From Selaginella moellendorffii (lineage: Eukaryota; Plantae; Lycopodiophyta): a stretch of DNA of 64,000 nt. Location of the stretch: NCBI RefSeq assembly GCF_000143415.4, contig NW_003314292.1, forward strand, positions 1,433,498-1,497,497. The letters run 5' to 3'. The notes under the pieces are model-generated. The model saw only the letters and a program-made list of their open reading frames with translations, was not told the DNA's origin and searched no databases. This document shows positions 23,093 through 35,441 of the stretch, in pieces (the first letter of the stretch is position 1; each line of letters starts with the position of its first letter). The translations under genes were made by a program, and so were the position numbers.

Positions 23093-23806
23093 CTAGAGGA
23101 CGTCCTCGGTTCGAATCCCTTCCCCAAGGTTTTTAGTAGAAACCACTCTCTCGTAGCCCATGAGACGAACGAAGCTTTGGAGGAGCTGTTCTTCCACTAG
23201 TTTTTCATCGACCCTCTCCTGCCCGAGCTCTCGAGCGAGCGACGTGACCTCCTTGTCCAGGATTCCACACGGGACGATGTGCTTAAATCCATCCAGATCG
23301 GTGTTGGCATTGAATGCCAGGCCGTGCATCGTCACGCCCTGGGGAGCGCTGATCCCCAGCGCGCCAATCTTCCGTCGCTGATCGATCCAGCAGCCTGTCT
23401 GGGAAGGGATTCTTCCGGCCTGGAGCTTGTAATCCCTCGCCACTTCCAGCATGAGATCTTCCAGCCTCTCGACGAAGAGCCGGATTCCAATCCCCAGCGC
23501 CCGGAGCGAGACGATAGGGTAGAGAATCGGCTGGCCGGGGCCGTGGAATGTGGCATCGCCGCCGCGATGCGTCTGGTGGACCTCGATCTGGAGGCGCTGG
23601 AGCTCGGATTGGGGCGTGAGAATGGCGTCGGAGAGGCTGTGGCGGCTTAGGGTATGGCGGCCGAGCGTGATCGTGGGAGGATGCTGCGCCAGGACGAGCG
23701 TGTCATCGATGCCGCCGCTACGCCGCTGCTCGTGGAGATTGCGCTGAAGTGCCAGAGCTCGATTGTACGGTATCGTCCCCGCCCGCAAGACCTGGAGCGT
23801 TCTCAT
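23093..23806 (-). CDS. LIP2: Octanoyltransferase (lipoyl-protein ligase B)
   Basis: QHPPTITLG, RGGDATFHGPGQ, RKIGALG, HGLAFN and IVPCG are LipB motifs; single-exon 237 aa. Confidence 0.93.
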   Translation of the reverse strand: MRTLQVLRAGTIPYNRALALQRNLHEQRRSGGIDDTLVLAQHPPTITLGRHTLSRHSLSDAILTPQSELQRLQIEVHQTHRGGDATFHGPGQPILYPIVSLRALGIGIRLFVERLEDLMLEVARDYKLQAGRIPSQTGCWIDQRRKIGALGISAPQGVTMHGLAFNANTDLDGFKHIVPCGILDKEVTSLARELGQERVDEKLVEEQLLQSFVRLMGYERVVSTKNLGEGIRTEDVL

Positions 23807-25642
23807 TCTAGAACATATGTGGATTAGGGTTTGGGGAAGAAAGATAGCGCCCGAGCGTGGATTGATCGCTCACAGCGATGGAGGGCTGATTTTCACGAGC
23901 TCCAGGTTTGATGGTTCTTGCGAGGCGCTGGCTCCGGGATCGTAAGATCAGCCGCATTTTACAGAAGTTACAGGGAAGAGGAGCTCACAATCTCGACCAA
24001 AAGAAGAATGCTGCCACCGTTAACTATACTTTCCAGGAACTTAGAACTTTCTCCTCATTGTCACAATGATCCAGGTGTGTGTGGGCGAATCGGCCGCTTT
24101 CTTGTGTGGATGATCCACACTTGTGAAGAACAGGCAACGAAGAGGTATGTAACTTATTTCATCCAAAAACTTCACCTGATAGGAGAAGCTCTTGGCAGGC
24201 ACCTTATACGAACGAGTTTCTCTCGTCCATTCACTTAGAGTCCACCGCTACTCATGAATTCGCGTAGCTATTTCAGTCATGGAGATAGAACACTTGCGGC
24301 AAGAAGATGTCTGGAGCATCGATTTTTCACGAGAGCTTGCCGGACTGAGGAGAAAGCTTGCGCGCTTATCCATGCTAATCTTTGGCATGGCTGGTCTCAT
24401 CGCAGGCCAAAGGTACGTTATGTTTTTCGTCTTTTTGTTACGTTGATGGCGCATGAAAGTCTCTCTCTCTCAGGGGTCCCCGCGGAGAAATTGTCTTTTA
24501 CCAAAGAGGAAAGTGACCGGCAAGAAAAATCTCGCGAGGCCGAAGTCTGCTCGCGGTTTGTTGTGATATTGCGGCGCGGCAAGTCGCATTCAAGCAAGTG
24601 AACAGCACGCAGCTTACATCAGGTAAGTGAAGAAGAACACTCAGGCTCGCCAAAGAGATGGGACAAGCAACCATCTCTTGCAGTGGGATTTTTGCGGCGT
24701 CGTCTTGGTCTCACTGGTGAGCAGCCGCAGTCCTTTTCGAACAGTGACTTACGCACCGTCGCATTTGTTCCAGGCAGCCGGAGTGTTTTCCAGAAGTGAG
24801 AACTCCAAACAGAAACGCTGTTGCCGTATAGGTGTGTATTTTTTATTTATTCTTTCATGGCCGCAGGAACACCGGCCACGAAACCGCTCGTCCCGTGCAG
24901 AGAGAACACGGGGAGTTTCTCGGGGGACTAGAGGACAGCAGCGAATTAATGGAGCTACGGGTGGAGGTGGACAGATTTGCCTGTGGATTCGAGGTTCCTG
25001 GTCTGGATCTGGATTCTGGAAGCAGTGGCAGCAAGGAAAACAGCAGCAGCCAAAGCGAGCAAGCAGCAGCCAAGTAGCGGCGCGGCGATTTGATGGTTTC
25101 GTCGTCTCTCGCCAGAGCTTTGGAGGTGTGCCACTTTGTTAAACTGTCTTGGGTCCCATTGACTTGAATGTTTCGTGTGCTGTGACAGGGGCCTTGAAGA
25201 TTTTTGGACACCTCGCCGTGAATCAAATAGGGATTCCAAGTTTTCACGCTACCACAAGTCGTATAATCCATTGTTTTTCCAGCGCGCACGATCATTGAGG
25301 CGAATCTCCAATGAGTGTAAGCTCTTTTGTTTATAGAGTTTGATCTTTCTTCTCCAGCGATGATCTGAAAAAACTTGGCTTTTACGTTCTGGTGAAGTTT
25401 CGATTGACTCCTTCAGAGGTACGTGAAACAGATCCGCAAAGAAAACACGCTACACACTTTGTGATCATTTAATGAATGCTTCCATTTATACAGGAGAAAA
25501 CGTCTTTTTGTACACGACAACCCTTTGCCTTCTCCTCGACGGCGCCGAGCGAGAGAGCTATGGATGGAAAACTCCTCCACTGCGTTTTCCTCGTGAGCCC
25601 ACGACTTTGGATGGATCAAACACTTGCGCCGTCGGTCGAGAC

Positions 25643-26065
25643 TCATCGCATCCTCGTCGTCGCAAACGCTTGCCACTTGAGAGGCCGGAAGAGATTGCGA
25701 AGATCCAGCCACACGAAGAGCGCGCGGCAGGCATCAAACGGGATCCTGATGTAGCTCCGCCAGGCGCAGCTCGAGGGAGAGCACTTGGCGGAGTTCCTCG
25801 CTGTTGCTGTCGGTGGAGACGATGGGCGGAGGTAGGCCTTGGCGGCCTGCTCCACTAGCCTGTTCTTGATGGGAATCCTGGGGCTGGGATTCTTGAGAGA
25901 TTGGTGCTCGGATTGCTGCTTCTTTACGCGGCTGGACATGAGATCGCTGAGGCTTGTGTAATCGAACGATCGCCTTCTACCACCGTTGTCGCCGCCATGA
26001 TCAAACAAGGCAATTTGATCGCTCGTGTCGCTCTTGGTGATCCTCAATCGCTGCGCTATTGGCAT
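25643..26065 (-). CDS. Conserved small plant protein of unknown function (YTSL.DL / IKNRLV.QAA.AYL family)
   Basis: YTSLSDLM and IPIKNRLVEQAAKAYLRP match a known uncharacterised land-plant family (from memory). ATG at 26065. Confidence 0.7.
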   Translation of the reverse strand: MPIAQRLRITKSDTSDQIALFDHGGDNGGRRRSFDYTSLSDLMSSRVKKQQSEHQSLKNPSPRIPIKNRLVEQAAKAYLRPSSPPTATARNSAKCSPSSCAWRSYIRIPFDACRALFVWLDLRNLFRPLKWQAFATTRMR

Positions 26066-26192
26066 CTCCCCTCGATACTCCTCTATTCTCGCTCGCTCGC
26101 TCGCTCTCTCGCCCTCTCGCCGCTCCAGAGGCCCAGGCCCCAAATTTTTGGACCACCCTAAAATACTAAAGCCTTTTATTCCTGGCATGCTG

Positions 26193-26231
26193 GGGCATAT
26201 TCCTCAAGGAATATGCCCACGTGGCATATCC
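26193..26231. promoter_or_regulatory. Cluster of three P1BS motifs (GNATATNC) plus a G-box
   Basis: GCATATTC (26195), GAATATGC (26209), CACGTG (26218) and GCATATCC (26224), 130-166 bp upstream of the ATG at 26065. Confidence 0.65.
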
Positions 26232-26328
26232 CGTCCTTCCAGGCGCGCTCGTTTTCCACGAGAAATGGGGAGTACAAATGGACGCGGATGATGACTGATT
26301 ATTTATTTTCACAGTCAAAACCAGGTGA

Positions 26329-26645
26329 CTAGCCCACCGTTTGACTTTCGCGGCAACTTGCTCGCCGCCATTGGCATTGGAGTTGACTGCCTGGTACCGC
26401 TGGCGTGGACGCTGGCGTTCTTATTTGCAGGACCATGGTAGTAGCTGCCGTGGCTGTGGCGTCACCTCCATAATTAGTGGTGGTAGTAGTAGTTATAGTC
26501 GTGTTGAGCTTCACTAAGATCATCCAATCCAAGAGCGTGTTGGTGGTGGTGTGGTGATCTTGAGCTTGAAGATTACCATCCTCACAGTTCCTGTCACTAT
26601 TAAATGGCAGCAGTGATCAGCACAAGGAGAAGAGCACGAGAATTA
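26329..26645 (-). pseudogene. Degenerate paralogue of the His-rich secreted protein gene
   Basis: Signal-peptide-like RALLLVLITAA, His/Tyr-rich middle and the shared ttgactttcgcggc (AAKV) tail; contains stops and frameshifts. Confidence 0.55.
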
Positions 26646-27161
26646 GGAATTGCTCATTGATAGTGTCACTGAGAGAATGCAAAAGATTGCGATTAATCGA
26701 TCGGAAACAAGAACCACAATTCTAGAAGGATTATTTTGGGCTCAGCGCGTGCTGTGTGTACTGTTTCCAATTTTGCATTGTGGAGTAACTTTTATCTTTC
26801 CAGCGAACAGATTTTGTGGTTCTTTTCTCTGCGAGTCAAACGGAATGTTTGAGCCCGATTTTATTTTCTTGTGGTTCTCTCCACTCTTCTTGAGAGTTTT
26901 TTTTTTTTTTTTTCCAATGGTTCTCTCTTGTAACTTCTTTTTTATCTGTGGTTTTCTCTTGTGAACTTCCACTCTTCTTGATTGAGAGTCCGAATGGCAT
27001 AAATATTTGGACTACATTGGCGATGTAAAAAGTTGCAACTTGACATAAAATGCTGGACAGCAAGATGCCATAAAGATAACCATTGCAACGCAGTTGATTT
27101 TATTCATTGTTTATTTCCCTATATACAACTCAGTACATGGCTTGACTTATCGGAGTAACTT

Positions 27162-27482
27162 TCAATTGCCACCCTCGGCGTTGACTTTCGCGGCGGTGTC
27201 ACCACCGCTGGAGTTAACGTCGGCCCCACCAGCTTTGCCAGTTTCAGCTCTAGAACTATAGTGCGGGCAGTAACCATGGTGGCAGCGGTGGCGGTGGTGG
27301 TAGTAGTGGTGCGGATCGTCATCGTCGTGACGATTCTGAGCATGGATTTCGTCCCACTCCCGATCGTCATCGTGATCAGCATTCTTCTTGGCGGCCATCC
27401 TAGCACTTCCTTCCACGACCATTAGCATCGCGGCCGCGAGCAGCAGCGCAATGACAAGAGCGCGCAAGATCACAGTAGCCAT
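27162..27482 (-). CDS. Small secreted His/Asp-rich protein (GRP-like layout)
   Basis: Hydrophobic signal peptide (ILRALVIALLLAAAMLMVVEGSA), then DHDDD..HHYYHHRHRCHHGYC. A TATA-like tatataa lies upstream at about 27590. Confidence 0.7.
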   Translation of the reverse strand: MATVILRALVIALLLAAAMLMVVEGSARMAAKKNADHDDDREWDEIHAQNRHDDDDPHHYYHHRHRCHHGYCPHYSSRAETGKAGGADVNSSGGDTAAKVNAEGGN

Positions 27483-27743
27483 CGCCGAGAGAGCGATCAA
27501 TCGATCGAGCAGACACTAGAGTGGAAACCAGGAACGCGAAAAAACGAAAGAGATCTAGATACCTTGCCTTGCAGTGCCTGCCTCGGCTTATATACGCGCT
27601 GCCAGATGCCACAGTTGAAACGTGTAAACCTTCCAACTTTGCCTTTTGAGTAACTTCTATACTCATCCCCAAAAGCCCTCAATGGATTGCATCCATTTGT
27701 GCTCATCCCGAAAGCTTCTATTTTCCCTGTGTTGTTCACGTTA

Positions 27744-30261
27744 TTACCCCAGCGAGTTGTAAAGAAAGTGTTTTGTTACCTCGTGTGTGTAGTTCTCACA
27801 CTTCTTCCTTCTTTTTCTTCTTCTTCTTGTCCCTCTTCTCTTTTTCCTTCTTGTCCCGTTCGATAGTAAACTTTGTCTTCCTTTGTCGCTTTTGACCCTG
27901 AGTTTATTGCCGAGCTCGTCAGATAGTTCCCAGGAATGTTCAAAGGAAAACTTACGCATGTCCAGTAGCAAAGGAAGCTCAAAAACGCAAACACGATGAA
28001 TGCTATTTGGAAAACGTTGAATCTGCAACAGGCATACGAAGGCCGAGTTAATCGATCAAAACAAACAAGCCAGGAACTTAAACAAAGCAAGCCGTACATG
28101 AAGAGATACTTCAAACCTCTCAATGACTCAAGCGAGTGGCCAAATATTTCCTGAGCGGCAGTAGCTTCGGCGTACAATGAAAAGGCCTTCGTGCAGAATT
28201 GAATCACGCTGCAAACAGTTTTGAGCTTGCTAAAAAACATGTTAAAACTACATACCTTGTTGAACATAGAAGGATAATGGCCACGTTGAAAAGAAACGAG
28301 TTCATGAGCGTGCCCTGGTACCTATAGTTTCATAATAAAAACCACTACATTCTAGAAAACCATACAAAAAAAGGTGCTTACTTCATTGGATGAATGGAAA
28401 GAAACAGAAGCCTCATTCCCAGATGCATCTCTCCAGATATGACAGACATGACGAGGTAGTAGCAAAAGATTGCAAACGCGGTGGTTCCTAGCAAGCCTGA
28501 AAGGAAGGAAACAATTCAGGTCTAGAGATCGCATCGACAGAAAGTACCCCAAGCACTGTCGAGCTGAATAAAGACTTGGTTCAGAAACGGAAAAGCTGGA
28601 GGATTGACTAGCATGAAAACAATGATGTGGAGAAGCCAAATTATAGACAAAGCCAAGCTGCAACAAGAAAAACAAAAAAACAAAAAAAAAGTGAATATCT
28701 TTGTCAAGCCTTCGAAGTCTATTTCTTACCCGAGAATGCCGAAAACAAGCTTGGCTAAGTAGAAAAGAACTGTAAGAGCCCAGGATGTGTCTGCCTGAGA
28801 GAAAATCCAGCAATGAAATAACTTAAATGGGAAACTAGAGATTACCTTTTCTCCCTGCGGGAATGCCTCGTTCAGAGCTTGAACATCATCTTCCAAAAAG
28901 ACAAGCTCCTGAATTGAGCTACACATATGCATTTGTCAACACGATCACGTCCACCATTGTTGTTTTTTCTTTTTCCTGTGCGCAGTGGAGCTGACCTGCT
29001 GGACTTTCTTCACATTTTTCCGAAGCTTTCGTCCTTTCTTCCCACCTCTTTCTTCGCGTTGGAGACCCAAAGTCACCTTTTTTAGCTCGTTGGAGCGCTT
29101 GGCTAAGTCAGTCGCCTCCTGCAAAGCCATCACCTTGAAGAGATTAGTTGCAAGAACGTAAAAAGAATTGAAGCACATACCTTTACGTATTGAACACGAG
29201 TAATAACACACTTGGGCCTATTCTTGAACGCAAATATGAGGCTCACTGGTAATGTTGCCATTCCAACACCTCCAAACATCTGCAGGAAGGAAATCACATC
29301 TTCTAGAAAATAGAACACAAACGACATTACCGTGAAGAGTATTGATCCTATTATTGTGTTTAATGCGATCACGTAAGTCGGGAAGGGCGCACGCACAGAC
29401 CACGTAGTTTTAACCAGAGATCCAGACGTATAAGCTGCACACTGTCACACAATATTGCCAGATCAATGAAGAAAGGGAAAATGTAGAAGAAAAGGCTTAC
29501 CATGAGAGTAACATTCGAAGACAATGAGAAACCAGCCGGAAACAAGCACGGAGCCTTTGCATTGAGCGAACTAAAATCATTGGTGAAAGCCAACGTCGTG
29601 GATGAAAGACGTCTCACGGTGAAATCGGCATAGCCAATCACAGCTTTAAGCAATCACATAGAAAAAGGGTTTAAGAACGAAAGATGGAAAAGAGCTTCTT
29701 ACCATAGAGAATTCCCAAGAGGAGGCAGAAGACTGTGAGGAGTATCACCACCCACAAGAGAGCGTTCTTTATCCTTTGTGTCACAGTCCTGGAACTCACC
29801 AAGAACAAAGAAAGCTTTTGAGATCATGGAGGAATAGAAATAACTTTAAAAACTCTAGGAGGAGCTCGGTCCATCGAGTGTTCTAAGAACAAGAACAAAG
29901 AGATGGAAGATTACTTCTCCTGGTCGCTCTCGTAGAAGAAGATCGCGAAAGGAATGACGAGATAGACGAGCACAGTGTCGATGATGTAAACTGCCCACCA
30001 TAGCTGCTTCATCGGGAGAGTGAGCTTACACGCCCCGACGTAGAGATTCTTCTCGCAGGAATGGCGATTCGCGACGTCCGCCGGGAGCATCAGGATCGAG
30101 AGTTGGGCAATGCTGAGCCCAATCACGACGATGATCTTGGGAAGATATGCCTGATTCGAGTCATCGGGATGCTGGTACCTGATGAGAATGTAGATATTGA
30201 TCGCGAAGACGAGCAGCGTGAGGAGCACCACGATCACCAGCAGCACTACATTGTACTCCAT
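27744..30261 (-). CDS. LMBR1/LIMR-family membrane protein, multi-exon (3' end approximate)
   Basis: [46 protein letters not shown] and [19 protein letters not shown]. Confidence 0.9.
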
Positions 30262-30396
30262 CGCGATCGGATCGATCGATAGCCCGGGCGAGCATTCCTG
30301 GGCGGTTTTCACCAGACCACACGCCTAAGAACCCTAATTTCAACGGCTGGGATTTGATCCAGCGCTTTAGGGTTTTAGCTTTGGGTGGAGCGCGCG
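30262..30396. promoter_or_regulatory. Putative bidirectional promoter for LMBR1 and NUP85
   Basis: Only 135 bp separates the divergent ATGs. Telo-box-like AACCCTAA and TAGGGTTT occur in opposite orientations. Confidence 0.6.
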
Positions 30397-33300
30397 ATGC
30401 CGGGGATCCGGCGCCTCGAGGAGCTGGAGAACGGGGAGCGAAATGCCGGTGGCGATGGATCCTCCAGCTCCTCGGCCGCGGTAATCTATAGCGTGCCGGG
30501 CGGATTGAGGGATCCAGGGCGATTGTGGGTGTCGTGGAGCAATGGGAACCAGCTCCAGCTCTCCTACATCGAGAATGCTGTGGCAGGCGGTGGAAGAGTC
30601 ACGGAGATTCATCTGGGAGAAGGATGGGATGCCGAGAGGCGGCGACTGGCGTATGATTCTCTCCCGGCTTTTGCTCTTCTCCAGAACCAGCGGCAATTGG
30701 GCTACAACCCAGGCGACTGGTATGACAAATTCTTCTCTTTTTTCTCTAGAAACGCTAGGTGTGATCGCAGGTGGGAGCATGTATTAGAGTATAGCAAGAG
30801 CATTCGCAGCGTTCTCGACCAGCCCACCCAAGGCAAGGTTAGCCATTGTATCATGCGTGAGAGGATGATGTGAAAGATTTATTTGATTTTTTTTTTTTCT
30901 TGCGGAAGGAGAAGACCTCGATGCTTAAGGCTGTGTGGGAGCTCATAGAAGTTTTCTATGTGGACAGAAGCGCGACATGGTGGCTTCCGGAGCGCCTTGT
31001 AGACTGGCTAGCGGTAAGAAGCAGTGAGTTTTTTCTTGACTTATGATTGATTTGCCTGTGAGCTTTGCAGGAGTATGACAAAGTCCTCTTGAGTGATGAA
31101 GACACTGTACATTCCAAGGTGGCGTCGTTCCAGCGGAAGCTTTCCGAGATTCAAGTAAGTTCGAAGTCTTGCAGCTTTTTGTGTTCTCTTTGTGTATCGT
31201 TGTTTAACTTGCACTTGCAGTTTCCCGAAGACGATGTAGCTTACTGGGATGCAATGGCCTCGGCCTTGTCAGTCGGATGGCTTGACGTTGTTGTAAGTTG
31301 TAAAACTGTGCGTGTAAGTTCCATGGGTAATCTTAATCTTCCAGATAGCGTTCTTGCGGATGCATGGATCATATCGATTGGATCAGCTTGATGACCGGCA
31401 GGTTTCTTTCTCCATGCTGTTTTGTTGACTTGCGTTAACTTCCGGATACTTTTTATGTCTTGGCAGACTGAAAATGGCCTCGTAGAAGCAGTTACGCTGC
31501 TCATTATGCAAATGCCGCGGCTGCGCCCGAGGCTCCCTGATGGAAGTCCTGGTGTTGCTATAGGTTTTAAGCCTGACTTTTCTAAGGTTTGATGTGGTTG
31601 CAGCAAAGTTTTTAGTTTCTCAGATTTTATTACATGCAGGCGAGGGAAAAATGGCGAAGTCAAGTTTCCAAGCTTGAAAATAGTGTGTTTTGGGCGGAAT
31701 GCAACCACCGTGGAACGCTTCTTGGTCTTAAGAAGCTAATACAGGTGCTATTGGGAAACGTTGATGTTCTACAGCTCTCTACGTTTCACTGGATGGAGCT
31801 GCTGGTGGCGCATTTCCTACATCTGATACCTTTTTCTTTGGTATGTATGAACTGTGTAGTGTGCTAAGTTCACTTGCAATTATCTGGTGCAGGTCTTAGA
31901 TGGCATGCGTAGCATAGCTTCCAAGTGCAAAGGATTGAAAAGTTTTGGGGACGAAGACCTTCAAGAACTTTTATCTGCAATTATCAGCAACGACACCGAG
32001 GTAAATGGTCTTCCCCGTCACAGTGGAGTTTAATCTAGTACTATACAGATACTCTTGGCGAAGTGTTCGAAGGTTTTCAATGCCTGGTAAGAACTTCTCA
32101 TGTCGAATATTTATATAAATTTTCTATCAGGATGATGGCGCATGTTGATGATCTCCTGATAGCAAAAGGGGAGGACGTTCGATCTCTTCTTGAAGAAGAC
32201 AGGCAAACTCTAGGCGGCTTGAGCTTGAAAGAACTCCATCGTTTGGTTTATTCTCAAGTACTGTCTTCGCACAGCTTAACCTGGCAGGTATATCGTTGAT
32301 TTCTTTGTTCTTGATGTCTGTCTAACAATTATCTCAGCTAGCACCTGTTTACCTCGCGGCTTGCCCAAATCGAGGCCTGGGAATGCTTGAAGCTCTCCTA
32401 ATGAAGCAGAGTTGTTCCAATCAGAAATTGGCATTGAAGGTTGGTCTTGGTGTGACGTTTTCTTGAATCTTAATGTGAATTTTGTGCAACAGGCACTAGA
32501 GATATGCCGCCTCTATGAACTTGATACCGTGAGCACAGCCATCGCCAGGGTTTAGTATCCTCTTCCTTTCCAGGCTTGGGGTTCTCACCTGTGTTTTATG
32601 TCTTCCAGGCTGTTGGTGTTCATAGTTTAAAGCATGGAAAGAAGGGCCAAGGGATAATGTGGCTTCAATTGGCCAGAGACGAGCAGAGGCTTTCTACTCT
32701 TGCGGATCAGATTTTGAACACAATAACGTCTGGTGAAGCTGATAGTCTGGATAATCTCGAGGTAGCAGTCTTACGTTTTATTTGATACACGCACACTTTT
32801 AACGCGCTTTTCCCGTACCAGCATTTTGAGGGTCTCTGTGACATCCTTGGCTCGGGAGCAACGAAGCATCAGGGCCTGTCGTTCCTAGCAAGGTACTCAC
32901 TTTATACAGTTGCGAAACTCTCCAGAGGTCACTTCTAACTTCACGCAGGTACAAAAGCTTTAAGGCAGCGCTGCAAAACATCAGAGATCTGCGTCGTAGG
33001 GAGGCTTCCTACACCGAAAACCTCGCTGCGCTTGGCAGAGCAGCGGTGACTTCTCTTCTCCAGGTTACCAATCCGTTCCTTCTTCTTCCTCGCTAAAACC
33101 CCGGCTTGCAGCTTCTAAAATCTGGAACCTTTCCACGTAAATTCTGGCTGTCCTTGCTCCAAGAATCGGTATGGAGCTGTTCTCACATCTCGTTTACACT
33201 CTAAACTTCCGATCGATCAGGTGGAGCTGCTGGAATGGCCGGAGCAAGTGCTGGTTAGCGAGTCCGAAACAAACACTCTACTCTGCTGCCTCCAGGAACT

Positions 33301-33418
33301 CTTCCTCGCCAGGGACCGGCTAGAGGACGACATCCTAAGCACTGCAGAGCCTGGCGCTGTGGATCGCCTGAGATTGGCGCTGGCATCCAACTTGTGCCGT
33401 GCCATCTTGCAAAGCTGA
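30397..33418 (+). CDS. NUP85: Nuclear pore complex protein Nup85 (intact multi-exon copy)
   Basis: MPG start, RRLAYDSLPAFALLQN, WEHVLEYSK, WLPERLVDWL, HWMELLVAHFLH, WMMAHV and a C-terminal RLRLALASNLCRAIL, consistent with plant NUP85. Confidence 0.9.
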
Positions 33419-33453
33419 TCGTTTCTTCGATGGCAAACGAACTTTACTATTCA

Positions 33454-34140
33454 AAGCAAATAGTTTGACCGTTGAATTTCGGTACAAGTCAATATTTAGT
33501 CAACATAGGCTTCAGTCATTGGAAATGTTTAGCTTTTCATTGATTTTCATACTTGAGCTCAGCAATTAATCTATACACATGTACGGCTACGTTGATTTGT
33601 TAGTCACCCTCAGAACCCAGCACTACTGCAGCAACGTCGCCCCTTCGTACTCTGCTGGGATCGGAAAAACAGATGCCCGCAACGCCTCCCTAGTCTCGGG
33701 CACCCGAAGCATCTCACGCCTGGATGGATACAAGTCGGGCTCCCATCTCGGACAAGCCCAATCAAGCTTTTGCTAATCTCCCCTGACCAGTGTGATTTCA
33801 CCCTGTTGACGTTCACGGCCACCATCAATTCTCCGAAGTTTTAGAACTTAAACGTTTTTAAAGTTGAATGAACTCTCCGAGACGATGCTGTGAAAGTTGA
33901 CTTAGTGGACCTGTGGTTTTCCATAAGCGCTGGTTCCTTTGCGACGCGATGCGGTTCCAACCGGCTGGAGCAAAGTCGTCTACGCATTTGGCGAGGAGAG
34001 GAAGAATCCCGCTGCAATGTATCCAGAGCAATGTATGGCAGTTTATCATGCCCTAAAATCATATACGTAAAGAATATGAAACGATTATCTGATTTTTTCA
34101 AAGTCGTCAAGCTAGACTACTGCACCGAAGGAGGCTTGGC
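33454..34140 (+). pseudogene. Heavily deleted remnant of a Crinkler-like gene
   Basis: Shares aagcaaatagtttgacc, cccttcgtactc, gatacaagtcggg and the RIWRGEEES..AMY coding with 36470-37440. Confidence 0.55.
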
Positions 34141-34417
34141 GTTTTCTGTTTGGTGTAAATGCGTTTCCTGCATCGAACTCGTTTTCTGCACTAAACTAAT
34201 CTTTCAGAACGCTCAATCCACCTAATCACCTTCTGTTTTTGAACCGGGCATTTTTGAAGGTATATGTATGACAAAGTCATGCAGCACGTGCTGCGATGAG
34301 TCAAGCTATACTTTCATTTTGGTTAACCATGTTTTCTGCACTAAACTAACTCATTTAGCCCATTATAAAAATTGAGTCTTCTTCTGGTGTACATACTTCT
34401 TCTGAAGGTGAATTGCA

Positions 34418-35441
34418 ATGGCAACCATGGCGACAATGAAGGGAGCCTTCGGTTCAATGAAGGAGATTGGTGACATTGTGGCGAATTTTGATTTCAGCAA
34501 GGTAAAGTGGAACCTGTCTTGCCCAAAGCAGTGCTTAACTCCTTGTGGAATGCTCCAGATTGATGTGCGTTCCAAGAGTGCTGAGGATTACCTCCACACC
34601 AACCTGGCACCATCGTTTGGGGCATTGAATGCAGAAACAGTGAAGAAGATGGATGAGGTTCTCAAGGTTTGCATCTCGGGAACTACCACTCTTCTCGCCA
34701 AAGTGCCACCAGAAGAGCGAACTTGGGAGAAGGTCAACTCCATGTTCATGCAAAATCCCCTGGTTGAGCCAATGGGCGATGGGATTAGCAGAGCTGACAA
34801 GTTTCTCAACAAAAGCTCTAGCGATTTCAAGATTGACGGGTCACCTGATGCAGCTATTGTGAAAGTGGTAATAGAAGCTATGTATTATGGAAGACCTCTA
34901 TTAACCTTTGCGGCCTTCTCTCGTCACAGGTTCAGACCTGGTTTGTGAATCTCATTGCAGATGAGGACGTCCTGAAATCAACCAAGATCGACATTGAAGT
35001 TCTTGGGCGCATTGTTGCTCAGTCAGGGGCGACCATTACCAGCTTTGAAAATTTCTTTGCCAAGCATGAGCACCACGAGAAGACCATAATTGACATCGGG
35101 GTCTTAAGGTACCCTGATATGCAAAACCCGTACTTCAAGGTTTGTGCCCAGGCTGCCCTTCGTATTTCAGTCGCAGCTCATGCTTATGAGTACAGGTGTA
35201 CCGCATCAAACTCTTTGCTTGGTCTGATAGCAACCGTATTCTGTTCCATCAGGAGGATTCCAATGGCATCATTGGAGGTGAGGTGTCTAATGTGAACCAC
35301 TGAAAACTGCACGCTCCTTTTGTTCTATTTGCAGAGTTCACCTTCCGTAAGTTTAAGCCGCGCAAGGAGGTCATTGACAAGATGAACCCAGACGCCAAAA
35401 GGAAGGCTGTGGAAGCTGCAGATAACATCTTTGGTTTCTAA
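34418..35441 (+). CDS. Orphan 263-aa soluble protein, array copy A (intact)
   Basis: Exons 34418-34501, 34559-34867, 34930-35139, 35196-35277 and 35335-35441 total 792 nt, with canonical GT-AG sites and an open frame from MATMATMKGAF to AADNIFGF*. Confidence 0.85.

Noticed and set aside
23817-25077. Plus-strand spliced gene divergent from LIP2
   Set aside because: Splice-like sites are present, but I could not build an open frame with a credible start or recognise a family.
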